Assembly: GCA_963779415.1 (NCBI GenBank)
Contig: CAVZYA010000002.1
Span: 640,001 to 704,000 of the forward strand
Direction: 5' to 3'
DNA: 64,000 nt
Source: an uncultured Acidobacteriota bacterium
GTDB taxonomy: Bacteria > Acidobacteriota > Thermoanaerobaculia > UBA5066
Shown: one piece after another, positions 49,761 to 64,000 of the stretch
How the letters are laid out: the number at the start of each line of letters is the position of its first letter
Numbering within the stretch: the first letter of the stretch is position 1
The notes under the pieces: generated by a model
Databases searched by the model: none
Told to the model about the DNA's origin: nothing
The model's input: only the letters and a program-made list of their open reading frames with translations
Position numbers and translations under genes: made by a program

Positions 49761-50870
49761 GTGCTGACGGGATTCAACACCGATATCCGTCATTCCGAGC
49801 GCGTCTATCACGTGCAGACGGAGGACCGCGGCCCGGCCAATCCGGTCATCGAGTCGCTCGTCTACGTCGGCGGGGAGATCCTTCTCTCGAAGAAGAGCCC
49901 GTACGCCGAGCACGTCCACGGCGACAAGGTGGACGAGAAGGCCGTCCGGGAGATGATGGACGTCCAGCATCGGCGGATCATCGAGGCGATCCGGCGCGGC
50001 CGGCTGGAGTCGAAGAGGTCGGGAGAATCCGCCCTCGACTTCGGCGAGGAGACGTTTCCGTCGCCCCAGGGGGTCTCGCCGGCAGCGGTCGCGGCGGTCG
50101 CCGCGATCCTTTCGGCCCCCGTCGAGCCTCTCCCGGGCGACGACAAGGCTCGCGCCGCGGCAAAGGAGAGATCCGGCGTTCGGTCGGGCGTCCGCCCGTC
50201 CGGTGCGCGCCCCGGCGGAAGACCGATCTCCGGCGTCTCGCCCCGGGCCCAGCCGATTCCGGCCCACACGCCGCAGCCTCTTCCGAGGCCTTCCAGTTCC
50301 AGCGGCACGCCGGCGGTGCGAGCCACGATCTCTTCGGCGGATAACTCGGACGTCTACGTCGAGACCTTCGTCTCGTCGGGGCCGCCTCCCGCCCCCGCGG
50401 CGACTCCGCGCCCCACGTCCCGCCCGTCCAGCACGGCACCGGCCGTTCCCGCGCCTGTCGCGCCTGTCACGCCGACCCGCCCCGCGTCGCCGCCTCCGGC
50501 CGGAGGATCGAAGACCCTGGATCAGGTCATCGTCGACTACCTCGCCTCGGAGGCCGCCTCGGAGCGGCTGGAGCTTTCGATCATGGCGGGAGCCGACTTC
50601 GTCTCGGGCGGGACGGTGCCGCTCACGGTCATCGCGACGACCTCGCTCTCGCGAAAGCCGGTTCCGGGCACGCAGATCACGATCCGGGTCGTCTCCACGT
50701 CCGGGCCGCCGCAGGTCCTTTACCGCGGCCTGACGGGAAACGACGGAATGGTGAAGATTTCCTGCGTCCTTCCGGAGATCGGCGGCGCGAACGCCGCGCT
50801 CATCATCGTCGGCTTCTCGTCGATCGGGAGCAGCGAGTCGAAGTACCTCGTCCGGAAGAGGGACGGCTGA
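49761..50870 (+). CDS. Hypothetical protein with Pro/Ser-rich linker
   Basis: Globular-looking N-terminus (GFNTDI..YHVQTEDRG..NPVIESLVY), low-complexity linker, beta-rich C-terminus. Confidence 0.75.
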   Translation: MLTGFNTDIRHSERVYHVQTEDRGPANPVIESLVYVGGEILLSKKSPYAEHVHGDKVDEKAVREMMDVQHRRIIEAIRRGRLESKRSGESALDFGEETFPSPQGVSPAAVAAVAAILSAPVEPLPGDDKARAAAKERSGVRSGVRPSGARPGGRPISGVSPRAQPIPAHTPQPLPRPSSSSGTPAVRATISSADNSDVYVETFVSSGPPPAPAATPRPTSRPSSTAPAVPAPVAPVTPTRPASPPPAGGSKTLDQVIVDYLASEAASERLELSIMAGADFVSGGTVPLTVIATTSLSRKPVPGTQITIRVVSTSGPPQVLYRGLTGNDGMVKISCVLPEIGGANAALIIVGFSSIGSSESKYLVRKRDG

Positions 50871-50952
50871 GACGGATCGCCGCGGTCCTTCCCTCTGCCG
50901 GGCTTTCGTGTATATTTCGCCCCCGCCTCCGGGCTCTCCCCGGGCGGCGAAC

Positions 50953-51028
50953 GGGCCGCTAGCTCAATTGGTAGAGCAAGAGACTCTTAATCTCTGGGTT
51001 GGGGGTTCAAGTCCCTCGCGGCTCACCA
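50953..51028 (+). tRNA. tRNA-Lys(CTT)
   Basis: 76-nt cloverleaf; anticodon arm AGAGA-CTCTTAA-TCTCT; GTTCAAG; 3' CCA. Confidence 0.95.
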
Positions 51029-51039
51029 GAAATGGTCCG

Positions 51040-51068
51040 AGGCCGGCTTTCGAGCCGGCCTTTTTTTT
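51040..51068 (+). terminator. Rho-independent terminator
   Basis: AGGCCGGCT-TTCG-AGCCGGCCT followed by a T run. Confidence 0.9.
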
Positions 51069-51084
51069 CCTTTTGGAGGGATGA

Positions 51085-53148
51085 ATGCGCTATCGAATCC
51101 TCGCCGTCCTCTTATTCGTCCTCGTCGCCGCGGCCCTTCCCGCAGCCGCGACGCGCCCGATGAGCCTCGACGACCTCCTGGACGCCGCCCGCGTCTCCGA
51201 CCCGCAGCTCTCGCCCGACGGGAAGTGGGTCGCCTTCGTCCGGACCGGGACGGACCAAAAGACGCTGAAGAGGAACGCCGACCTCTTCCTCGTCCCGTCG
51301 GACGGCTCGGCGCCGCCGCGCCCCCTGACTCGCGACGAGAAGAGCGACTCGGCGCCGCGCTTCTCGCCGGACGGGCGGACACTGGCCTTCCTCTCGACGC
51401 GGAGCGGCTCCTCGCAGGTCTGGCTCCTCCGCCTCGACGGCGGCGAGCCCCGAAAGATCACTGAGGTCCCCGGAGGCGTCGAGACGCCTCTCGTCTTCTC
51501 GCCCGACGGCCGGCGGGTGGCTTTCGTCGCCGACGTCTTTCCGGTATGCGCCGACGAGGCGTGCAACCGGAAACGGTTCGAGGAGTCGGAGAAGGGGGTC
51601 GTGAAGGCCTACCACCTGACCCGCCTCATGTCCCGGCACTGGGACACCTGGCGCCCCGAGGTCCGGCACCACGTTCTCCTCGCCGACCTCGAGACGGGAA
51701 AGACATCGGACGTGACCCCCGGCGACTTCGACTCCCCTCCCCATTTCTACGAGGAAGGCGGCGTCGTCTTCTCGCCGGACGGAAAGCAACTCGCGGTCGT
51801 CTCCAACCGCGACGGGAACGACAAGGAGGCGTGGACGACCAACAAAGACGTCTTTCTGATCCCGGCCTCCGGGGGCGAAGCGCGGAAGCTGACCGCGAAT
51901 CCCGCCGCCGACGTCTCCCCCGAGTTCACTCCGGACGGGAAGTTCCTGATCACGCGCTCGCAGCGGCGGCCCGGCTTCGAGGCCGACCGGTGGTGGCTCG
52001 TGGCGTGGGACGTCGCGACGGGGGCGAAGCGGACGATCTTCTCGGAGCCCGACCTCTCCGTGGACGAGTTCGTACTCTCGCGGGACGGGAAGACCGTCTA
52101 CTTCACGGCGGAAAGCGAGGGCCGGAAGAACCTCTACGAGGTCCCCTTCGAGGGGGGAACGCCGAAAGAGCTGAAAAAGGGGGGAGACATCGGCTCGCTC
52201 AGGACCGGAGGCGGCTTCGTGGTCTTCGCGGAATCGACTCTGACTTCGCCCCCTGAGGTCTTCCTTCTTTCACTAGAAGAAAGATCGGCGTCACCCGCCG
52301 CGGGGACGCATCCGGTGAAGGCCCTGACCGACGAGAACGCGAAATGGCTCGCCGAGACGACCCGCAACGTCCCCGAGAGCTTCAGTGTGAAAGGAGCGGG
52401 GGGTGCGCCGGTCCAGTCCTGGCTCATCAAGCCTCCCGGCTTCGACCCGGCGAAGAAGTACCCCGTCGTCTTCCTGATCCATGGCGGGCCGCAGGGCGCC
52501 TGGGAGGACGGCTGGTCGTACCGCTGGTGCCCGACGCTCTGGGCCGCACAGGGATGGATCGTCGTCCTTCCGAACCCGAGGGGCTCGACCGGCTTCGGAC
52601 AGAAGTTCGTGGACGAGATCTCGGGCGACTGGTGCGGGAAGGTGATGACCGATCTCTTCGCGGTCTTCGACGACGTGGCGAGGAGTCCGTTCGTCGACGC
52701 CTCGCGAATGGGCATCGCCGGGGCGAGCTACGGCGGTTACGCGGTCGACTGGATCCTGACGCAGACGGACCGCTTCAAGGCGGCCGTGACGCACGACGGG
52801 GTCTTCGACCTCTCCTCGATGGCCGGCTCGACCGACGAGCTCTGGTTCGACGAATGGGACAACGGCGGCCCGTCGTGGTCGAAGGCGGCGAAGGCGCACG
52901 TGGCCCGCTGCTCGCCCCTCCTCTACGCGGAGCGGATCGTGACGCCGACGTTCGTCGTCACGAACGAGCTCGATTACCGCGTGCCGGTCGACCAGGGCTT
53001 CCAGCTCTTCACGCTCCTCCGCCGGCGGGGCGTCCCGAGCGAGGCGCTCGTCTTTCCCGACGAGGGGCACTTCGTCCTGAAGCCGTGGAACTCGAAGCTC
53101 TGGCACGAATCGGTCTTCGGATGGATGAAGAAGTACCTCGGGCCCTGA
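51085..53148 (+). CDS. S9 family peptidase (dipeptidyl aminopeptidase / acylaminoacyl-peptidase)
   Basis: Signal peptide, SPDG propeller repeats, IHGGP, GASYGG, DYRVP, DEGH. Confidence 0.93.
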   Translation: MRYRILAVLLFVLVAAALPAAATRPMSLDDLLDAARVSDPQLSPDGKWVAFVRTGTDQKTLKRNADLFLVPSDGSAPPRPLTRDEKSDSAPRFSPDGRTLAFLSTRSGSSQVWLLRLDGGEPRKITEVPGGVETPLVFSPDGRRVAFVADVFPVCADEACNRKRFEESEKGVVKAYHLTRLMSRHWDTWRPEVRHHVLLADLETGKTSDVTPGDFDSPPHFYEEGGVVFSPDGKQLAVVSNRDGNDKEAWTTNKDVFLIPASGGEARKLTANPAADVSPEFTPDGKFLITRSQRRPGFEADRWWLVAWDVATGAKRTIFSEPDLSVDEFVLSRDGKTVYFTAESEGRKNLYEVPFEGGTPKELKKGGDIGSLRTGGGFVVFAESTLTSPPEVFLLSLEERSASPAAGTHPVKALTDENAKWLAETTRNVPESFSVKGAGGAPVQSWLIKPPGFDPAKKYPVVFLIHGGPQGAWEDGWSYRWCPTLWAAQGWIVVLPNPRGSTGFGQKFVDEISGDWCGKVMTDLFAVFDDVARSPFVDASRMGIAGASYGGYAVDWILTQTDRFKAAVTHDGVFDLSSMAGSTDELWFDEWDNGGPSWSKAAKAHVARCSPLLYAERIVTPTFVVTNELDYRVPVDQGFQLFTLLRRRGVPSEALVFPDEGHFVLKPWNSKLWHESVFGWMKKYLGP

Positions 53149-53173
53149 CAGGTCGGGGCGACCCGCAGGGCAG

Positions 53174-55069
53174 ATGAAGCCCGATTTTTCACCGCCGTCG
53201 GTCCGGACGATACCGGTCGTCTTCCTGATGAGTGTGCCGGTCGTGGCGGGGATCACCGTGGACCTGGTCGTCGAGGCGCTCGGAGCGGTTTCCCTCCTCG
53301 GGAGCCGGAACGCGTGGCGGATCTCCTGGTTGGTCGGGACCGCGGCCGTCGTCCTGGCGCTCCGGCTTCTCTACAGGGTCCTCGAAGGAGCCCGGGACGC
53401 GCGACGGCCCCCTCCGGACGTTCCGGTTCTCGTTGCGATCCCGGTCATTCTCGCGGTGACTCTTCTGACGGCGCTCGTCTCCCCGCCGAACACCTACGAC
53501 GCGCTCACCTACCACAACTCCCGCGTCATGCAGTGGTGGGATCACGGGCACCTCGGATTCTGGGAGACGTCGATCCGGAGGCAGCTCCTGATGCCTCCCC
53601 TCGCTTCCTACTTCCGGCTCTCGCTCTACGGCCCGACGGGGTCGGATCTTCTCTTCAACGCCGTCCAGTGGCTCTTCTTCGTCTACGCGATCGTCGGCGC
53701 CTGGGCTCTCGCCGAAGCGCTCGCTCCCGGGCGGAAGGCGAGCAGCCTCGCCGCGGTTCTCGTCGCCACGATGCCGATGGCCGTTCTTCAGAGCACCAGC
53801 TCCCAGAACGATCTCGTTTGCGCGGGCTACGTCGTCGGAGCAGCCTTCTTCCTGGCGCGCGTCCTCGGCGATCCGGTGTCCGGGGCCGGTATGGATCTCA
53901 CGCTGCTCGGCGGAGCCGTCGGGCTGGCTCTCCTGACGAAAGGGACGGCAATCCCGTTCGCTCTTCCCCTTCTCGCCGTGGGTGTCGGCGTCGCTCTCTA
54001 TCGGGCGGTCCGGTCCCACGGCGCCCGAGGTCGGACGGCGCTCGGCGGCGCGCTGGCCGCCGTCGCCCTCGCCGTTCTCCTCAATCTCCCGCACACTCTC
54101 CGCGTTCTCTCGTGGTTACCTTCGGCGGAGGACCGCTACCCGGAGGTCGTTCGGCTTTCTTCCTATCTTCAGGATGGCTTCGAGACCGGCGCCGGACGGG
54201 CCCTCTCGCAATTGACGAGAAACGGGGTCCTTCAGCTCGGACAGCTCCGCTTCCTCGGGGTCCGCTCGGCAGCCGTCGTCGGGGGCGTCTCCCGCCTCCA
54301 CGCGTGGCTCGGGCTCGACGTCGACGATCCGTCGATCTCGTTTCGACGCACGCGCTTCGAAGAGGCCCGATGGCAGTTGCCGAATCACGAAGACACGGCG
54401 CCGTCCACTCTCCACTTCCTTCTCGCGCTCCTGTCTCCGGCGCTGCTGCTCATGGGCGGGAACGCCGCGCGGGGCCTCAGGCGCGCGCTCGGGCTCACGT
54501 TTGCGGTCGGGTGGGCTCTCTGGGTCCTCTTCTGCCTGAGTGTCACCTGGATGCCGTGGAACCAGCGCCTCCAGCTCCCGGTGCTGATTCTCCTGATGGT
54601 TCCGGCCGCGGTCGCCTGTTCGGCGGTCCCCCGCTTCGGCCGTGCCATCGCCGTCCTCGCTCTCGTCTCCTCCGTTCCCTACCTTCTCCTGAACTTCTCG
54701 CGGCCTCTTCTCGGGCTCGATCCCGTCTCGCACCCACCGGTGTGGCGTCGCCTCTGGACGGGGGGCGGAACCGGAGAGGTCCGGTCGATCCTCGGGACAT
54801 CGCGATGGGACGACTACTTTCGAAATGCCGCGGGTTACCGCAAGGGGATCGAGAAAAGCCTCTCGACGATCGCAACGGAATGCCCGGACGGAGCCATCGT
54901 CGGTCTCCGCGTGCCGGAGAGTTATCCCGAGTACCTTCTCTGGGCCGGGGCCCGGCATCTCGGCCGCGACTTCCGGTTTCGGCATCTCGGCGCTTCGTCG
55001 GGGTCCGGGAACGCCTGCGCCGTCATCCGCGGAAACTCCGGTGTCGTCGAGGTCGTGCGGAGCCGCTGA
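53174..55069 (+). CDS. Multi-TM GT-C/ArnT-like membrane glycosyltransferase
   Basis: PPNTYDALTYHNSRV, QSTSSQND, LLTKGT and many TM segments. Confidence 0.75.
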   Translation: MKPDFSPPSVRTIPVVFLMSVPVVAGITVDLVVEALGAVSLLGSRNAWRISWLVGTAAVVLALRLLYRVLEGARDARRPPPDVPVLVAIPVILAVTLLTALVSPPNTYDALTYHNSRVMQWWDHGHLGFWETSIRRQLLMPPLASYFRLSLYGPTGSDLLFNAVQWLFFVYAIVGAWALAEALAPGRKASSLAAVLVATMPMAVLQSTSSQNDLVCAGYVVGAAFFLARVLGDPVSGAGMDLTLLGGAVGLALLTKGTAIPFALPLLAVGVGVALYRAVRSHGARGRTALGGALAAVALAVLLNLPHTLRVLSWLPSAEDRYPEVVRLSSYLQDGFETGAGRALSQLTRNGVLQLGQLRFLGVRSAAVVGGVSRLHAWLGLDVDDPSISFRRTRFEEARWQLPNHEDTAPSTLHFLLALLSPALLLMGGNAARGLRRALGLTFAVGWALWVLFCLSVTWMPWNQRLQLPVLILLMVPAAVACSAVPRFGRAIAVLALVSSVPYLLLNFSRPLLGLDPVSHPPVWRRLWTGGGTGEVRSILGTSRWDDYFRNAAGYRKGIEKSLSTIATECPDGAIVGLRVPESYPEYLLWAGARHLGRDFRFRHLGASSGSGNACAVIRGNSGVVEVVRSR

Positions 55070-55115
55070 ACGGGCCCCATCGTGCGTGCTAGCATCACGG
55101 GCTTCAGCCCGCCGG

Positions 55116-55199
55116 GCGGGAGTGGCGGAATGGCAGACGCGCGGGACTTAGGCTCCCGTGGGGAAACCCGTGAGGGTTCGATTCCCTCCTCCCGCACCA
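55116..55199 (+). tRNA. tRNA-Leu(TAG)
   Basis: Acceptor stem GCGGGAG/CTCCCGC; anticodon arm CGGGA-CTTAGGC-TCCCG; long variable arm; CCA. Confidence 0.93.
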
Positions 55200-55234
55200 C
55201 TCCGAAGGCATCACGAGAGCAAGGAAGCCGCCCC

Positions 55235-56536
55235 ATGATCAACTCTTTCGTCGACGAGTCCCCGACCAAGAAGTCCCTGACCGTGGAGATCCCGGCCGAG
55301 GAAGTCCGCCGCGTGACGGACCGGACGGCCCGGAAGGTCGCCCGCGAGCTCGAGCTTCCGGGTTTCCGGAAAGGAAAGGTGCCGCCGGATCTCGTCCGGA
55401 AGAGGTTCGCGGACGCCCTGAAGAACGAAGTCGTCGAGCACCTCGTCCAGGAGGCCGTCGCCGAGGCGCTGAAGGAGAGGAGCCTCGTGCCGCTCGGCCC
55501 GCCGAAGGTGGGCGAGGTGAAGTTCGAGTTCGACGCCCCTCTCTCGTTCTCCGTGGAGCTCGAGGTGCGGCCCCCCGTCGCGCCGAAGGACTACCGCGGG
55601 CTCAAGGTCCCCGCGGGCTCCTCGACGCCCACCGCCGAGGAGATCGCCCTGGTTCTCGAGCGGCTTCGTGAAGGCCACGCCCACTTCGACGCCGTCGAGG
55701 GGCGCTCGGCCGCCGACGGGGACTTCGCGCTCGTCGACCTGAAGGGGACCTTCCCGGCCGGGGACGGCAAGGACTTCGAGGCCGAGAAGACCCTCGTCGA
55801 GATCGGCGGCGAGCAGACGCTCCCGGAGCTTTCGGCCCACCTCCGCCACGCGGAGCCGGGGGCGACCACCACCTTCCAGAAGGACTATCCCGCCGGCGCG
55901 CCGGACCCGGCCTACGCAGGGAAGACGGTCCTCTACACCGTCCACCTCGTCGCCCTGAAAAGCCGCGTCCTGCCGCCTCTCGACGACGACCTCGCGCGGA
56001 CCATCCTGACGCCACGCGAAGGGGAAGCGCCCGAGGGGGCGGACCTCGCCTTCCTCAGGGAGAAGGTGACGGAGTCGCTGACGAAGGACAAGGAGGGGGT
56101 CCTCCGGGAGAACCGTCGCCGCGCCCTTCTCGACGGCCTCCTCGCCCTGAACGACGTCGCGGCCCCCGAGTCGATGGTGGAGGCGGAGATCGAGTCGGCG
56201 CTCCGGGAGTACGCCCGGCACCTCACCCGGCAGGGGGTGAACCTGAAGGAGGCGCAGCTCGACTGGAACTCGCTCCGGGGCGAGGCGCGCGACGGCGCGG
56301 TCCGCCGCGTGAAGGAGTACCTCCTTCTCGACGCGATCGGCGAGGCGGAGAGCGTCTCCGTCACCGACACGGAGCTCGACGCGGAGCTGAAGCGCCGGTC
56401 GCAGGCGGCCGGGATGTCGTTCGCGGAGCTGAAGGGAGCGCTCGTGAAGGCGCACCGCCTCGAAGGGCTCCGCGAGGAGATGAGGATCGAAAGAGTCCTC
56501 GAGTTCCTCCTCGCCGAAGCCGTCGTCGCGAGCTGA
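55235..56536 (+). CDS. tig: Trigger factor
   Basis: PGFRKGKVP signature; synteny with clpP. Confidence 0.95.
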   Translation: MINSFVDESPTKKSLTVEIPAEEVRRVTDRTARKVARELELPGFRKGKVPPDLVRKRFADALKNEVVEHLVQEAVAEALKERSLVPLGPPKVGEVKFEFDAPLSFSVELEVRPPVAPKDYRGLKVPAGSSTPTAEEIALVLERLREGHAHFDAVEGRSAADGDFALVDLKGTFPAGDGKDFEAEKTLVEIGGEQTLPELSAHLRHAEPGATTTFQKDYPAGAPDPAYAGKTVLYTVHLVALKSRVLPPLDDDLARTILTPREGEAPEGADLAFLREKVTESLTKDKEGVLRENRRRALLDGLLALNDVAAPESMVEAEIESALREYARHLTRQGVNLKEAQLDWNSLRGEARDGAVRRVKEYLLLDAIGEAESVSVTDTELDAELKRRSQAAGMSFAELKGALVKAHRLEGLREEMRIERVLEFLLAEAVVAS

Positions 56537-56567
56537 CGCGTAAGATCCGGCCGGAGGGCACAGGTCC

Positions 56568-57170
56568 ATGTCGATGCTGATCCCGATGGTCATCGAGCAG
56601 ACGAATCGCGGGGAGCGCGCGTACGACATCTACTCGCGCCTCCTGAAGGACAACGTCATCTTCCTCGGCTCGGGGATCAACGACGAGATCTCGAACCTCG
56701 TCATCGCCCAGATGCTCTTCCTCGAGGCGGAGAACCCCGAGAAGGACATCACGCTCTACATCAACTCGCCGGGCGGATCGGTCTCGGCGGGCCTCGCGAT
56801 CTACGACACCATGCAGTACGTGAAGCCGGACGTCGCGACCTACTGCATCGGGCAGGCCGCCTCGATGGCCGCGGTCCTTCTGGCCGGCGGCGCGAAGGGG
56901 AAGCGCGCCGCGCTCCCGAACGCCCGGATCCTGATCCATCAGCCGCACGGTGGGGCCGAAGGACAGGTCTCCGACATCGAGATCCAGGCCAAGGAGATGC
57001 TCCGGACGAAGAAGAGGCTGAACGAGATCCTCTCCTTCCACACGGGGCAGCCCTTCCCCACGATCGAGAAGGACACGGACCGGGACAACATTTTCGAGCC
57101 CGACGGCGCGAAGGACTACGGCCTGATCGACCTCGTCATCCGCCGGCGTGACGACAAGACGGTCCCCTGA
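56568..57170 (+). CDS. clpP: ATP-dependent Clp protease proteolytic subunit
   Basis: [25 protein letters not shown]. Confidence 0.97.
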   Translation: MSMLIPMVIEQTNRGERAYDIYSRLLKDNVIFLGSGINDEISNLVIAQMLFLEAENPEKDITLYINSPGGSVSAGLAIYDTMQYVKPDVATYCIGQAASMAAVLLAGGAKGKRAALPNARILIHQPHGGAEGQVSDIEIQAKEMLRTKKRLNEILSFHTGQPFPTIEKDTDRDNIFEPDGAKDYGLIDLVIRRRDDKTVP

Positions 57171-57263
57171 GGGCCCGGGCGGCGCCGCGCCGCCGGGTTG
57201 ACCCCCGGGGCGGAGAGGTTAAGATCCCGTTGGAGCCATGAGGAGGGCGACCGCGGTCATTTC

Positions 57264-58508
<1,245 letters not shown>

Positions 58509-58587
58509 GGCCTCTCGCCTCCTTCCGCCCCGGAGCTTCAGAGATGCCACCCCCCGTCTCTCGTGTTTTTTCTATCGAGGTGATCCC

Positions 58588-61008
<2,421 letters not shown>

Positions 61009-61175
61009 GCGGCCTGTAACCCTTTTTCCCGGGATTGCGTAGAATAAGGGTGCGCCGGGGGTGCCTTGCCCGGTCTCCCGACGGCGGCTCCCGCCGCCCC
61101 TTCCGAACGACGACCCCGAAAGAGTCCCGGATCTCCTTCAGCACGCGGTCCGAGTCGGGCCGCTTCCAGACTTCG

Positions 61176-61910
61176 ATGGCTTCCACCTCATCGCACCCGA
61201 GCCTTCCTGCCGGTCTTCGGGCCGGACGGGAGACCTCCGCCTTGAAGGGAAGGCTCGGCCGCGAGGTGCGGCTCGTCCTCGCCGCCCATCGGCCCGGCGA
61301 GCGGCCGACCGGGACGCTACTCCCGGTCGTCGCGATTCTCGGCCGGTCGAACGTCGGGAAGTCGAGCCTCCTGAACGCCCTCCTCGGCGCGAAGGCGGCG
61401 CGCGTCTCGGCCACCCCCGGGCGTACGCAGGCGCTCTACTGGTATCGCGTGGACGAGACGTTCGACCTCGTCGACTGTCCGGGCTACGGGTATGCGAAGA
61501 CGGGGAGACAGAAGAGAGAGAGCCTCGAAAGGTTAATCGAGTGCTTGCTGACAGGCGCGGCCGAAGATGGCGGCGCGCCGCAGACGGCGCGACAGCCGGT
61601 TGCCGCACTCCTCCTCGTCGATGGACGCCTCGAGCCTCAGAGCTCCGACCTCTCCATGGCCCTCTTTCTAAGAGAATCCTTCGTCCCCACGTTCGTTGCC
61701 GCGACGAAGTGGGATGCGGTCAGACCTTCCGAGCGCGTCCGCCGCGAGCGAACGCTCGCGGCGGCATATCGTGACGAATCCCGCCCCCTCCTGCCCGTCT
61801 CGGCCGAGACGGGCGAAAACCTGAACGCCCTTGCCCGGCTCCTTCGCGACCGGGTGATGGCCCCGCCCCGCGGCCGCCTCTCCTCCGGCGCGTCCGCACC
61901 TCTCATTTGA
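61176..61910 (+). CDS. yihA: YihA/EngB-family GTP-binding protein
   Basis: [25 protein letters not shown]; follows lon. Start uncertain. Confidence 0.88.
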   Translation: MASTSSHPSLPAGLRAGRETSALKGRLGREVRLVLAAHRPGERPTGTLLPVVAILGRSNVGKSSLLNALLGAKAARVSATPGRTQALYWYRVDETFDLVDCPGYGYAKTGRQKRESLERLIECLLTGAAEDGGAPQTARQPVAALLLVDGRLEPQSSDLSMALFLRESFVPTFVAATKWDAVRPSERVRRERTLAAAYRDESRPLLPVSAETGENLNALARLLRDRVMAPPRGRLSSGASAPLI

Positions 61911-61921
61911 AGGAGGCCCCC

Positions 61922-63277
<1,356 letters not shown>

Positions 63278-63287
63278 GACCCTCGCT

Positions 63288-64000
63288 TCAGGCGTGCAGC
63301 TCCACGACGTCCTTGTCGACGAGGACGTGGTGGCGGTCGACCTGCTGGCCGTCGAACTTCGCGTGCCCCCAGATCCGGGCGAACTTGAGCCGTTCGGCGA
63401 TCTCCTTGTGGACGTGCAGGGCGAAGTCGTGGATCGTCGCCCCCTCCGGGAGGACGAACGGGCGGTCCATGTCCGGCTTGTGCCCCGGCTCCTTGCCGTA
63501 GACGCGGATCTTCTTCAGTTCGCGGAAGAGGTGCTCGCGGAGGGGTTCGAGGCCGGCGCCGGTCGCCGCCGAGACGGCGAAGAAGGGGAGGTCCTCGCCG
63601 ATCGCCTCGCGCGCGAGCGCGGCGAAGGTCCCGTCGTCGACGTCGCTCTTGTTTCCGAGGACGCCGACCGGCTTCGCCATGAGGAAGGGGGGCGCGTTCG
63701 CGGGGAGCGGGCGGATTCGCGGCCAGACGCGGGCACGGGAGAGCAGGTCGAAGAGGAGCCGCGCGGCGTCGGCCGTGTCGTCCGCCGCGACGTCGAAGAC
63801 GAGGAGGAGGCCGTCGGCGTTGTGCGCGAGGTTCACGAGATACGGCTCGGCGTGGTCGGCGGAGACCGGCGGCGTGTCGACGAGCTGGATCGGCACGTCC
63901 TCGAACGCCGTCATCCCGGGAAGAGGGGCGCGCGTCGTGAACGGGTAGTCGCCGATCTCGGGATGGGCGTGGGTCAGGGCGGCCAGGAGCGACGACTTGC
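63288..64000 (-). CDS. OBG/DRG-like GTPase with C-terminal TGS domain (5' partial)
   Basis: KSSLL..YPFTT, DTPP, NKSD, and a TGS-type tail [22 protein letters not shown]. Confidence 0.85.
   Translation of the reverse strand, partial: KSSLLAALTHAHPEIGDYPFTTRAPLPGMTAFEDVPIQLVDTPPVSADHAEPYLVNLAHNADGLLLVFDVAADDTADAARLLFDLLSRARVWPRIRPLPANAPPFLMAKPVGVLGNKSDVDDGTFAALAREAIGEDLPFFAVSAATGAGLEPLREHLFRELKKIRVYGKEPGHKPDMDRPFVLPEGATIHDFALHVHKEIAERLKFARIWGHAKFDGQQVDRHHVLVDKDVVELHA

Noticed and set aside
50953-55199. Integrative element between the two tRNAs
   Set aside because: I saw no integrase and no duplicated tRNA 3' end. tRNA-Leu upstream of tig is a common arrangement.
61009-61175. Possible structured RNA leader between lon and yihA-rho
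   Set aside because: Only a TAGAAT-like -10 and small GC hairpins are visible, with no riboswitch or ncRNA consensus I can recognise. An Rfam search would be needed.

Overview
High-GC bacterial window. The gene content resembles Acidobacteriota (Thermoanaerobaculia-like); this is inference and was not checked. Roughly 1-46.9 kb is a cell-surface locus. It encodes nine proteins carrying a Cys-containing S-layer-homology (SLH) C-terminus: a beta-propeller protein, an S8 protease, a 14-repeat GloVer-type protein, an M12 metalloprotease and an array of five small single-SLH proteins with variable central domains, plus two orphan gene-end remnants. It also encodes a large CsaB-like pyruvyltransferase/coiled-coil/GT4/GT2 fusion, three YfhO-like and other GT-C-like membrane glycosyltransferases (two forming a near-identical tandem duplication), several GT2/GT4 enzymes, gmd, a sulfatase-fold protein with a non-canonical motif, and a MazEF-type toxin-antitoxin pair. 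Roughly 46.9-64 kb is mostly housekeeping: uvrA, tRNA-Lys, S9 peptidase, tRNA-Leu, tig-clpP-clpX-lon-yihA-rho and a partial TGS GTPase. About 11 single-base frameshifts occur, all in the surface locus, and are probably sequencing or consensus errors. The best candidate for a new system is a pyruvylated-glycan/SLH surface-display platform with interchangeable passenger domains and a recombining cassette array.
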